From Massilicoli timonensis (GTDB lineage: Bacteria > Bacillota_I > Bacilli_A > Erysipelotrichales > Erysipelotrichaceae): a stretch of DNA of 32,000 nt. Below the pieces are notes generated by a model, which searched no databases, was not told the DNA's origin, and saw only the letters and a program-made list of their open reading frames with translations. Below, in pieces: positions 22,759-30,133 of this stretch (positions are counted from its first letter, which is position 1; the number at the start of each line of letters is the position of its first letter). The position numbers and the translations under genes are program-made. Where the stretch lies: NCBI RefSeq assembly GCF_900199515.1, contig NZ_LT963433.1, positions 150,001 through 182,000 on the forward strand. Reading direction: 5' to 3'.

Positions 22759-22790
22759 AAAAATAGGCAGAGGGCATCTGCCATCTGCCT
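22759..22790 (-). terminator. Intercistronic hairpin plus U5 tract between crt and the CoA-transferase gene (possible partial terminator or attenuator)
   Basis: The minus strand reads AGGCAGA-TGGCAGATGCCC-TCTGCCT followed by ATTTTTG. An alternative 6-bp stem uses the duplicated GGCAGA. The RBS AAAGGAG of the next gene follows directly. Confidence 0.35.
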
Positions 22791-22801
22791 GATCGATATG
22801 A

Positions 22802-23581
22802 TTACTTATTGTGAAACTGCTCTACTTTTTCTTTATTGACAAAAGCATTCATCGCCAATTTCTGATCTTCCGTTGCAAAGCAAGCGGAGAATTCCTTTAC
22901 CTCAATGGAAACACCGGCGTCCATATTTGTCTGTAAGCCGTCATTGATCGCCTTTTTCGCATTTGCCACGGCAATCGGTGCATTTGCGGCAATCCGATTT
23001 GCCAGCTTCATCGCTTCTTCCATTAAGTTTTCCGGTTCTACCACTTTATTGACCAAACCGATCGCCAACGCTTCATCGGCTTTGATCTGACGGCAGGAAT
23101 AAATCAGTTCTTTGGCAATGCCGGCACCAACCAAACGCGGTAAACGCTGTGTTCCGCCAAATCCCGGTGTAATACCGAGTCCTGTTTCCGGCTGGGCAAA
23201 GCGAGCATTGCTGGAAGCGATACGAATATCGCAAGCCATTGCCAATTCACAGCCGCCGCCTAACGCGAAGCCATTGACTGCCGCAATGACCGGACAGCGG
23301 AAATTTTCAATACGAGAGAAGATCTGATTTCCGAAACGGCCATACGTTGCGGCTTCATCCGTATTCTTATCCTTCATTTCCGCAATATCCGCACCGGCCA
23401 CGAAGCTCTTTTCTCCGGCACCGGTAATGATCAGCGCATAAATGCTCTTGGTCTGGCATACTTCTGCCAAAGCGCTGTTCAAATCAGAAAGCACTTCCGT
23501 ACTCAACGCGTTTAACGCTTTCGGACGGTTGATCGTGATCACTGCAACATGATCCTTCATTTCTAATAGTACATTGCTCAT
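22802..23581 (-). CDS. crt: Short-chain enoyl-CoA hydratase (crotonase)
   Basis: 259 aa of the crotonase fold: ITINRPKALNAL, GAGEKSFVAGADI, AAVNGFALGGGCELAMACD. Confidence 0.92.
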   Translation of the reverse strand: MSNVLLEMKDHVAVITINRPKALNALSTEVLSDLNSALAEVCQTKSIYALIITGAGEKSFVAGADIAEMKDKNTDEAATYGRFGNQIFSRIENFRCPVIAAVNGFALGGGCELAMACDIRIASSNARFAQPETGLGITPGFGGTQRLPRLVGAGIAKELIYSCRQIKADEALAIGLVNKVVEPENLMEEAMKLANRIAANAPIAVANAKKAINDGLQTNMDAGVSIEVKEFSACFATEDQKLAMNAFVNKEKVEQFHNK

Positions 23582-23610
23582 GTTTTTTCACCTTTCCTAT
23601 TGCTGCACTG

Positions 23611-24450
23611 TTATTTTGTGTAATCGTAGAAACCTTTTCCGCTCTTCTGTCCCAACATACCGCCGCGCACCATCTTGCGGATCAGCGTACAGCAGCGATA
23701 TTTCGTATCGCCGGTTTCATGATACAGCACGTCCATGATCGCTTCCACGATGTCAAGACCGACCAGATCACCCAGCGCCAAAGGCCCCATCGGATGATTT
23801 GCACCTAATTTCATCGCTGTATCAATGTCTTCCGCAGATGCGATGCCTTCCTGTAAGATAAAGGCTGCTTCGTTGATCATCGGAATCAAAATACGATTTA
23901 CCACAAAACCCGGACCTTCATTTACTTCAACCGGTGTCTTGCCTAATGATTTTGATACTTCTAAGATCGCATCTTTTACCGCTGCCGGTGTATTGATACC
24001 GGAGATGACTTCTACCAGTTTCATACGATCCGCAGGGTTGAAGAAGTGCATACCGATTACATCATGCTTGATGCCCTTGGCAATTTCCGTAATTGATAAA
24101 GAAGATGTGTTTGTACCGAAAATGCAGCCTTCTTTGCAGATTTCATCTAACTGAGTAAACAGATCTTTCTTCACTTCCATTTTTTCCAATACGGCTTCCA
24201 CGATCAGATCCGCATCAGCTAAATCTTGGTATTCGCCTGCTTTCAAGTTTGCTTTGACCGCGTCGGCAGCCTCAGCCGTCATTTTTTCACGGCTTACCAG
24301 CTTATCCAGCTTCTTGGCGATCTTATCGATACCGCCCTGTGCCCATTCGATCTTAATGTCGCATACTGTTACTTCATAGCCGTTTGACGCAAATGCGTTG
24401 GCAATGCCCTGTCCCATTGTACCTGCGCCGATTACACCAATTTTTTTCAT
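23611..24450 (-). CDS. hbd: 3-hydroxybutyryl-CoA dehydrogenase
   Basis: 279 aa with Rossmann motif IGVIGAGTMGQGIA, plus GMHFFNP and the HPMGPLALGDLVGLD signature. Confidence 0.93.
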   Translation of the reverse strand: MKKIGVIGAGTMGQGIANAFASNGYEVTVCDIKIEWAQGGIDKIAKKLDKLVSREKMTAEAADAVKANLKAGEYQDLADADLIVEAVLEKMEVKKDLFTQLDEICKEGCIFGTNTSSLSITEIAKGIKHDVIGMHFFNPADRMKLVEVISGINTPAAVKDAILEVSKSLGKTPVEVNEGPGFVVNRILIPMINEAAFILQEGIASAEDIDTAMKLGANHPMGPLALGDLVGLDIVEAIMDVLYHETGDTKYRCCTLIRKMVRGGMLGQKSGKGFYDYTK

Positions 24451-24469
24451 ATTGTTATCCTCCTTTATC

Positions 24470-24506
24470 AGCCATAAGGCATCCGCTGCTGCACGGATGC
24501 TTGGCT
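24470..24506 (-). other. Strong intercistronic stem-loop between etfA and hbd, with no U-tract on the gene strand
   Basis: AGCC-AT-AAG-G-CATCCG / CGGATG-CTT-GGCT gives about 13 bp with two bulges and an 8-nt loop. On the transcribed (minus) strand it is followed by GATAAAGGAGG, the hbd RBS, rather than a U-run. An mRNA processing or stability element is therefore more likely than a terminator. Confidence 0.4.
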
Positions 24507-24519
24507 TTTTATCTTATGA

Positions 24520-25542
24520 TTAGTTCGCTTTCGCTTTGATGATTTCTTCTTTTAATAAAGGCAATACTTCTTTGACATCACCGACAAATCCCATATTGGC
24601 AATGCTGAAGATCTCTGCCTGCGGATCGCGGTTGATCGCAATGATCATATCCGATTTTTCCATACCGGCAACGTGCTGGCAGGCACCGGAAATACCGCAT
24701 GCGATGTAAAGAGAAGGACGCACGGTCTTACCGGTCTGTCCGACCTGAATGTCTTTTTCCGCATAGCCGTCATCTACTACGGCACGAGAAACCGCCAGTT
24801 CACCGCCTAATTCTTCGGCAACCGCTTTTACTAGATCCAGGCAGTCTTCTGCCCCGCGGCCTGCTGCCACAAGAATATCCGCTTTCGTAATATCTACGCC
24901 TTCCACCACTTTTTCGATCACTTCTTTTACAACGACCTGCGGCTGCGTAGACTGGAATTTCGGTTCAAACATCACCACTTCACCTTTTCTTGTCGGATCC
25001 GGTGCATCCATGGAGAATACGTTTGGACGAATCGTTGCCATCTGCGGACGCGTATCCGGACAAATGATCGTACCGAACAGATTTCCGCCGAAAGTAGGAC
25101 GCGTTACCAATAACAATGCTTCATCTTCTTTTTCCGGATCCATTTCGATCTTCGTTGCATCGGCAGTCAATCCCGCATTCAGACGCGCCGCTACACGAGG
25201 CGCCAGATCACGGCCTAATACCGTCGCTCCCGTCAATAAAGAATCCGGTTTATACGTTTCGATTACCTGTGTCAGCGCATCTGCATAAAACTGCGTAGAA
25301 TAACCTTTTAATAACGGATGATCGACAACGATCACTTTATCCGCACCATGGGCAATGACATCCTGTGCTTTATCAGCAATGCCTTCTCCTAACAATACAC
25401 CGACTACTTCAAAATTCATGTGAGGAATAGAAGCAACTAATTTGCGTGCTTCAGAGATCAATTCATAACCGACATTTGCGATTTCTCCGTTTTTCTGTTC
25501 CACGAAAACGTAAATGTCTTTATATCCTTCAAATTTAGCCAT
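24520..25542 (-). CDS. etfA: Electron transfer flavoprotein, alpha (large) subunit
   Basis: 340 aa. The C-terminal FAD-binding region is VSRAVVDDGY...QVGQTGKTVRPSLYIACGISGACQH. It follows etfB in a bcd cluster. Confidence 0.93.
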   Translation of the reverse strand: MAKFEGYKDIYVFVEQKNGEIANVGYELISEARKLVASIPHMNFEVVGVLLGEGIADKAQDVIAHGADKVIVVDHPLLKGYSTQFYADALTQVIETYKPDSLLTGATVLGRDLAPRVAARLNAGLTADATKIEMDPEKEDEALLLVTRPTFGGNLFGTIICPDTRPQMATIRPNVFSMDAPDPTRKGEVVMFEPKFQSTQPQVVVKEVIEKVVEGVDITKADILVAAGRGAEDCLDLVKAVAEELGGELAVSRAVVDDGYAEKDIQVGQTGKTVRPSLYIACGISGACQHVAGMEKSDMIIAINRDPQAEIFSIANMGFVGDVKEVLPLLKEEIIKAKAN

Positions 25543-25556
25543 TTTGCTTTACCCTC

Positions 25557-26348
25557 CTATTTCGTGATGATCTGCTTTTCTTTTAATGTCTTAGCGATCA
25601 TTTCAGCAGCTTCTTGTGCAGAAACATTGAATGTTTCTGTCTGTGCAGATACTTCTTTTGTAAAAGTATGATGTACTTTTGTCGGAGATCCGGCCAGACC
25701 TACTTTGCTTTCTTCAATGCCTAAGTCATCAAATGTCAAGATTTTTACTTCTTTGTTAAATGAATCGACAATATCGTTGCAGTTCATGTAACGAGGCTCG
25801 TTCATACCGCTCAAGGTCGTTAAAACACAAGGCAGGTTCGCTTCTAAGATTTCTTCGCTGTCTTCCAATGATTTCTTTACGACAACGCTGTTTTCTTTCA
25901 GATCGATGATTTCATCTACATAGGTTACCTGAGGAATGTTCAGACGTTCTGCGGTCTGCGGTCCTACCTGCGCGGTATCGCCATCGATCGCCTGACGTCC
26001 GGCGATGATCAGATCAAAGCCGTTTTTCTCTAATGCCGCTGCCAGTGTAGAAGAGGTTGCACAGGTATCGGCACCGGCAAATTTACGGTCAGTGATCAAA
26101 ATGCAGTTATCAACCCCGCGTGCATACAGCTCTTTTAACATTTCCGTTGCCTGCGGCGGCCCCATCGTGATGATGTCTACGGTTGCACCGTATTTTTCTT
26201 TCAGCTGCAATGCGGCTTCTACCCCTGCCAGATCATCAGGGTTAATAATACTAGGCACGCCGGCACGGATCAATGTACCGGTTACTTTATCAACACGGAT
26301 TTCCGTTGAATCCGGAACCTGTTTTACTAGAACTACTATTTTCTTCAT
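25557..26348 (-). CDS. etfB: Electron transfer flavoprotein, beta (small) subunit
   Basis: 263 aa starting MKKIVVLVKQVPD, with NPDDLAGVEAAL and DLIIAGRQAIDGDTAQVGP, typical of EtfB. Confidence 0.93.
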   Translation of the reverse strand: MKKIVVLVKQVPDSTEIRVDKVTGTLIRAGVPSIINPDDLAGVEAALQLKEKYGATVDIITMGPPQATEMLKELYARGVDNCILITDRKFAGADTCATSSTLAAALEKNGFDLIIAGRQAIDGDTAQVGPQTAERLNIPQVTYVDEIIDLKENSVVVKKSLEDSEEILEANLPCVLTTLSGMNEPRYMNCNDIVDSFNKEVKILTFDDLGIEESKVGLAGSPTKVHHTFTKEVSAQTETFNVSAQEAAEMIAKTLKEKQIITK

Positions 26349-26370
26349 AAGTATCGTTTCCTTTCTCTTA

Positions 26371-27510
26371 TTATTTCAGCATTGCGCCGCTGATGACCAT
26401 GCGCTGTACTTCTGATGTACCTTCATAGATCTCGGTGATCTTCGCGTCACGGAACATTCTTTCTACCGGATAATCACGGGTATAGCCGTAACCGCCCAGC
26501 AGCTGGATCGCTTTGGTCGTTACTTCCATTGCCACTTCGGCAGCGAACAGTTTTGCCTTAGCAGCTTCTACGGAATAAGGAAGTCCTTTTTCTTTCTTCA
26601 TCGCCGCATCATATACCAGCCATCTTGCCGCATCGACTTTCGTCTGCATATCAGCCAGCTGGAACTGTGTATTCTGGAATTTGGCGATCGGACGTCCGAA
26701 CTGTTTACGTGCTTTTACATAAGGAACGGTTTCATCGATCGCTCCCTGTGCGATACCAAGCGCCTGTGCGGCGATACCGATACGTCCGCCATCCAAAGTC
26801 ATCATCGCGATCTTGAAGCCTTTGCCTTCCTGACCCAGCAGCTGATCCTTGCTTAAACGCACATTGTTGAAGATCAATTCACTGGTTGCACTGCCGCGAA
26901 TACCCAGTTTCTTTTCATGCTGACCCACGGTAAAGCCCGGCATGCCTTTTTCAACGATGAAAGCGGAGATACCGCGTGTACCCTGTGATTTGTCAGTCAT
27001 GGCAAAGATGATATAAACATCTGCTTCACCGGCATTGGTAATAAAGATCTTCGTACCGTTTAAGATATAGTCGTCGCCGTCTTTTACCGCCGTTGTCTGC
27101 TGACCTGCCGCATCCGTTCCCGCATTCGGTTCAGTCAAGCCAAATGCCGCCAGCTTCTTTCCGGTACACAGATCAGGCAGATATTTCTGCTTCTGTGCTT
27201 CCGTACCGAACTGTGCGATCGGCCATGTACCTAAAGAAGTATGTGCAGATAAGACAACGCCTGTCGTCGCACATTTTTTGCTTAATTCTTCTACGGCCAA
27301 GATATAAGAGAGATAATCGGCTCCCGCTCCGCCGTATTCTCTGCTGTAAGGAATACCAAGCATCTTACAAGCAGCCATTTTCTCCACGTTTTCTCTTGGG
27401 AAACGTTCCTGTTCGTCAATTTCTGCCGCAAGTGGTTTCACTTCTTTTTCAGCAAACTCAGAAAATAACTTTTTCATCATTTTTTGTTGTTCTGTTAACA
27501 TGAAATCCAT
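26371..27510 (-). CDS. bcd: Butyryl-CoA dehydrogenase (short-chain acyl-CoA dehydrogenase)
   Basis: 379 aa with ACAD signatures GLTEPNAGTDA and QLLGGYGYTRDYPVERMFRDAKITEIYEGTSEVQ. It is the first gene of the cluster. RBS GAGAGGAG lies upstream. Confidence 0.93.
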   Translation of the reverse strand: MDFMLTEQQKMMKKLFSEFAEKEVKPLAAEIDEQERFPRENVEKMAACKMLGIPYSREYGGAGADYLSYILAVEELSKKCATTGVVLSAHTSLGTWPIAQFGTEAQKQKYLPDLCTGKKLAAFGLTEPNAGTDAAGQQTTAVKDGDDYILNGTKIFITNAGEADVYIIFAMTDKSQGTRGISAFIVEKGMPGFTVGQHEKKLGIRGSATSELIFNNVRLSKDQLLGQEGKGFKIAMMTLDGGRIGIAAQALGIAQGAIDETVPYVKARKQFGRPIAKFQNTQFQLADMQTKVDAARWLVYDAAMKKEKGLPYSVEAAKAKLFAAEVAMEVTTKAIQLLGGYGYTRDYPVERMFRDAKITEIYEGTSEVQRMVISGAMLK

Positions 27511-27594
27511 ACGTTTTCTCCTCTCTAAGAATTCTGTTTCGTCCTCTGTTACATCAACAAATCGGCTTGTTCCACAAACCCTGTAACCTACACC

Positions 27595-27623
27595 ATTTTA
27601 TCCCTATTTGAAAGGATAGTCAA
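27595..27623 (-). promoter_or_regulatory. Sigma-A-type promoter of the bcd-etfBA-hbd-crt cluster
   Basis: On the minus strand: -35 TTGACT (27618-27623), a 17-nt spacer, and -10 TAAAAT (27595-27600). The leader to the bcd ATG is about 80 nt. Confidence 0.55.
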
Positions 27624-27628
27624 CTACT

Positions 27629-27646
27629 TTGTTAATAATTTAACAA
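27629..27646. promoter_or_regulatory. Rex (redox-sensing repressor) operator, exact match to the clostridial consensus
   Basis: TTGTTAATAATTTAACAA has perfectly palindromic half-sites TTGTTAA/TTAACAA with a 4-nt spacer, matching the published consensus TTGTTAANNNNTTAACAA. It lies 5 bp upstream of the bcd -35. Confidence 0.65.
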
Positions 27647-27700
27647 TTAAAAAAGCCCTGCTTCCGCCCGCTTTTTCCCCTCCCATTTCCACATTTCTTT

Positions 27701-27714
27701 TGTAAGCGATTACA
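27701..27714. promoter_or_regulatory. Catabolite-responsive element (cre, CcpA site)
   Basis: TGTAAGCGATTACA, preceded by T, fits both TGWAANCGNTNWCA and WTGNAANCGNWNNCW with no mismatch. It lies about 35 bp upstream of the thl -35. Confidence 0.55.
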
Positions 27715-27726
27715 TTATAAAAACAC

Positions 27727-27744
27727 TTGTGAATTTTTTAATAA
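27727..27744. promoter_or_regulatory. Second, degenerate Rex-like box
   Basis: TTGTGAATTTTTTAATAA has left half TTGTGAA (the Rex variant seen in Bacilli) and right half TTAATAA (one mismatch to TTAACAA). It lies immediately upstream of the thl -35. Confidence 0.4.
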
Positions 27745-27748
27745 GTAG

Positions 27749-27777
27749 TTGACATTTCCATGAATTTTGAGTACCAT
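27749..27777 (+). promoter_or_regulatory. Sigma-A-type promoter of thl
   Basis: -35 TTGACA (27749-27754), a 17-nt spacer, and -10 TACCAT (27772-27777). RBS GAAAGGA (27810-27816) lies 9 nt before ATG 27826. Confidence 0.55.
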
Positions 27778-27825
27778 TTTCATGTAATGGTTATGGTATT
27801 CTCATAACAGAAAGGACATCAAAAT

Positions 27826-29034
27826 ATGGAAATGAAAAAAGCGTATATCGTAAGCGCAAAACGTACTGCGATCGGCAGTTTTCTCGGCGGGCTTGCAACG
27901 GTTCATCCAAAGGATATGGGTTCTGCCGTTGTCAAAGCATTATTGGAAGATGCAGGCGTAAAGCCGGAGCAGGTAGATGAACTGATCTGCGGTAATGTAT
28001 TAGGTGCGGGACTTGGACAAAACATCGGACGTACCATCGCATTGGAAGCAGGCATCCCTGAAACGGTATGTGCCCACTCTACGAACATGGTGTGTGGATC
28101 CGGTCTTAGAACGGTCATGGAAGCCGTTATGTCAATTCAGGCAGGCTTCAATGATGTAGTGGTAGCCGGCGGTGTGGAATCTATGTCATTGGCGCCTTAT
28201 CTGGTACCGGCAAATACCCGTACCGGAAATAAGATGGGTGATTGGAAAGCAACCGATCACATGATCTACGACGCATTAACGGATGCGCGCGCCAACATCC
28301 ACATGGGCGTTACTGCTGAAAACATTGCAAAGAAATACAACATCACACGTGAAATGCAGGATGAATTCGCATACGCATCTCAGCAGAAAGCAATCGCCGC
28401 CGTAGACAGCGGCAGATTCAAAGATGAGATCGTTCCGATCACCGTACATCTGCGCAAAGAAGATGTGGTATTTGATACAGATGAACATCCGAATCGTAAA
28501 TCCAACCCGGAAAAACTGGCAAAGCTGCGTCCGGCATTCATCAAAGACGGAACCGTTACTGCCGGCAACGCATCCGGTATCAATGATGGTGCATCCTTTG
28601 TATTAGTAGTAAGCGAAGATGCTTTGAAGAAATACAATCTGACGCCATTATGTGAAATCATCGGTATCGGACAGGGCGGTGTTGATCCGCTCACGATGGG
28701 CTTAGGTCCTACACCGGCAATTCGCAACGCTTTGAACTATGCCAACCTGAAATTAGATGATATCGAATTGGTTGAATTAAACGAAGCATTTGCGGCACAG
28801 TCATTAGGTGTGATCCACGAATTGGTGGAAGAACACGGAATTGACCGTGAAGCATTTATGGCTAAGACAAACGTAAACGGCGGCGCGATCGCATTGGGTC
28901 ATCCGGTAGGTGCTTCCGGAAACCGTATCTTAGTTACTTTGATCCATGAGATGATCAAGTCTGACAAACATATCGGTCTTGCATCTCTTTGCATCGGCGG
29001 CGGACAGGGTACTGCGGTTATCGTAAAACGCTAA
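27826..29034 (+). CDS. thl: Acetyl-CoA acetyltransferase (thiolase II)
   Basis: 402 aa. The active-site Cys context is NMVCGSGLR. The C-terminal signatures NVNGGAIALGHPVGASG and GLASLCIGGGQGTA are present. Confidence 0.95.
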   Translation: MEMKKAYIVSAKRTAIGSFLGGLATVHPKDMGSAVVKALLEDAGVKPEQVDELICGNVLGAGLGQNIGRTIALEAGIPETVCAHSTNMVCGSGLRTVMEAVMSIQAGFNDVVVAGGVESMSLAPYLVPANTRTGNKMGDWKATDHMIYDALTDARANIHMGVTAENIAKKYNITREMQDEFAYASQQKAIAAVDSGRFKDEIVPITVHLRKEDVVFDTDEHPNRKSNPEKLAKLRPAFIKDGTVTAGNASGINDGASFVLVVSEDALKKYNLTPLCEIIGIGQGGVDPLTMGLGPTPAIRNALNYANLKLDDIELVELNEAFAAQSLGVIHELVEEHGIDREAFMAKTNVNGGAIALGHPVGASGNRILVTLIHEMIKSDKHIGLASLCIGGGQGTAVIVKR

Positions 29035-29061
29035 TCACCAAATAAAAACACGATATTCGTG

Positions 29062-29127
29062 ATAGAATCCCACTAAAGTAGACATGCTAGTAAACAAAAG
29101 GGTGTCTATGGAGGTGGGATTTTCTAT
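29062..29127. repeat. Nested imperfect inverted repeat (~66 nt hairpin) directly after thl
   Basis: The outer arms are ATAGAATCCCAC (29062-29073) and GTGGGATTTTCTAT (29114-29127; two extra T form a bulge). The inner arms are TAGACA (29079-29084) and TGTCTA (29103-29108). The 3' arm contains GGAGGTG and the ATG at 29126. Confidence 0.5.
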
Positions 29128-29144
29128 GGAAAGATCACCAATGA

Positions 29145-29309
29145 TTGTATAGAGCATCCCTAATAGAAACGATCATCCACTCATATTCGATACACTTCAT
29201 CAAGCGGCTTGCAATACCTAAAAGCAAGTTCACTATTGATTCAGATCGTGGATATCATACACAATTCCTTCCTTTCAAAACAAAGCAGCAAGAATCACGA
29301 AACAACTGA
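29145..29309 (+). pseudogene. Possible heavily degraded DDE/rve (IS3-like) transposase remnant
   Basis: A 54-codon open frame ends at TGA 29307-29309: ...ETIIHSYSIHFIKRLAIPKSKFTIDSDRGYHTQFLPFKTKQQESRNN. The order IIxYSI ... xSDRGxxxTxxF ... Q-ESR-NN resembles the IS3-family integrase core (vvGwsi ... HSDRGsQYTS ... QSMSRkGN) but is much shortened. This is weak pattern recognition only. Confidence 0.3.
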
Positions 29310-29349
29310 AAAACCCAGTCGGTACGATACCGATTGGGTCTCATTTTTT
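29308..29349. terminator. Bidirectional rho-independent terminator between the thl side and fic
   Basis: The stem is ACCCAGTCGG (29313-29322) / CCGATTGGGT (29330-29339) with a 7-nt loop. There is one G-U on the plus strand or one A-C mismatch on the minus strand. T6 lies downstream on plus (29344-29349) and U5 downstream on minus. Confidence 0.6.
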
Positions 29350-29505
29350 ATCAATCAATATTTTATGCTTGCCGCAGTGTTTTCCATCTGCTCTTGCGGA
29401 TAGTTTGTTTCTCACAGATGTTTTTTATGAAAGCCACTGTCACAAGTTATTCTCAAGTACAGCCAAAATTGCCAATTCTGATTGGGTATATTGATACCTC
29501 ATTTC

Positions 29506-30117
29506 TTACTTTAATTCTTCTGTCTTAAAGGTCGTATACCCCTCATAATAATAGCTATGGTCGATGCTTTTCATATAGATTTCCCGGCTGTCTATATCAT
29601 CGCTCAAAGCGTTTTTCAAAATGTGCTTGATCTCAATATCCCTAATAGGACTGCGTTCCATAGCGAGCAGATAATCTTCTTTATCAACACGGCTCCAGTC
29701 AATGACCTTGCCAAGTTCTTTTTTGAAAATGCAATCAAGCCAAATACGTGTGCTGCGCCCATTCCCTTCTCTGAAAGGGTGGGCAATATTCATTTCAACG
29801 TACTTCTCAACGATTTCATCAAAAGTGGATTGCGGCATTTTATCTATATTCTGTAGAGCTGCTTCAAGATACATCAAAGGTGCAAAACGGAAATTACCCT
29901 TTGCAATATGAACAGTTCTAAGTTCACCGGCAAAGTCATAAATCTCATCAAAGAGATACTTATGAATCGTTTTAAGAGCTGAAAATGTTCCTGCATCCAA
30001 TGTATCAAGTATGCCGTTTTCAAAAAGCGCGAGCGCTTTCCTCTTGCTGATGCGTTCCTCTGCTTCGGCAAGTTCAGGGGAAGATGTAATACCTAATTTA
30101 TTTTCAAGTGGCATCAT
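29506..30117 (-). CDS. fic: Fic-family AMPylase, class III (C-terminal in-cis inhibitory helix)
   Basis: 203 aa. The Fic motif HPFREGNGRSTR is at 29746-29781. The C-terminal SYYYEG at 29539-29556 (codons verified) fits the inhibitory motif [S/T]xxxE[G/N]. RBS GGAGG (30121-30125) favours the second ATG (30114). Confidence 0.9.
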   Translation of the reverse strand: MMPLENKLGITSSPELAEAEERISKRKALALFENGILDTLDAGTFSALKTIHKYLFDEIYDFAGELRTVHIAKGNFRFAPLMYLEAALQNIDKMPQSTFDEIVEKYVEMNIAHPFREGNGRSTRIWLDCIFKKELGKVIDWSRVDKEDYLLAMERSPIRDIEIKHILKNALSDDIDSREIYMKSIDHSYYYEGYTTFKTEELK

Positions 30118-30133
30118 GCACCTCCAAAATCAA

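Noticed and set aside
29126-29152. 8-codon mini-ORF MERSPMIV behind a strong GGAGGTG, considered as a leader peptide or small gene
   Set aside because: It is too short to support. It is more economically explained as the orphaned 5' end of a deleted IS transposase gene. It is reported only as part of the IS-remnant hypothesis.
29209-29403. 64-aa plus-strand ORF, and the overlapping ORF at 29334-29528
   Set aside because: They run straight through the bidirectional terminator hairpin (29313-29339), have no RBS, and have hydrophobic junk-like sequence.
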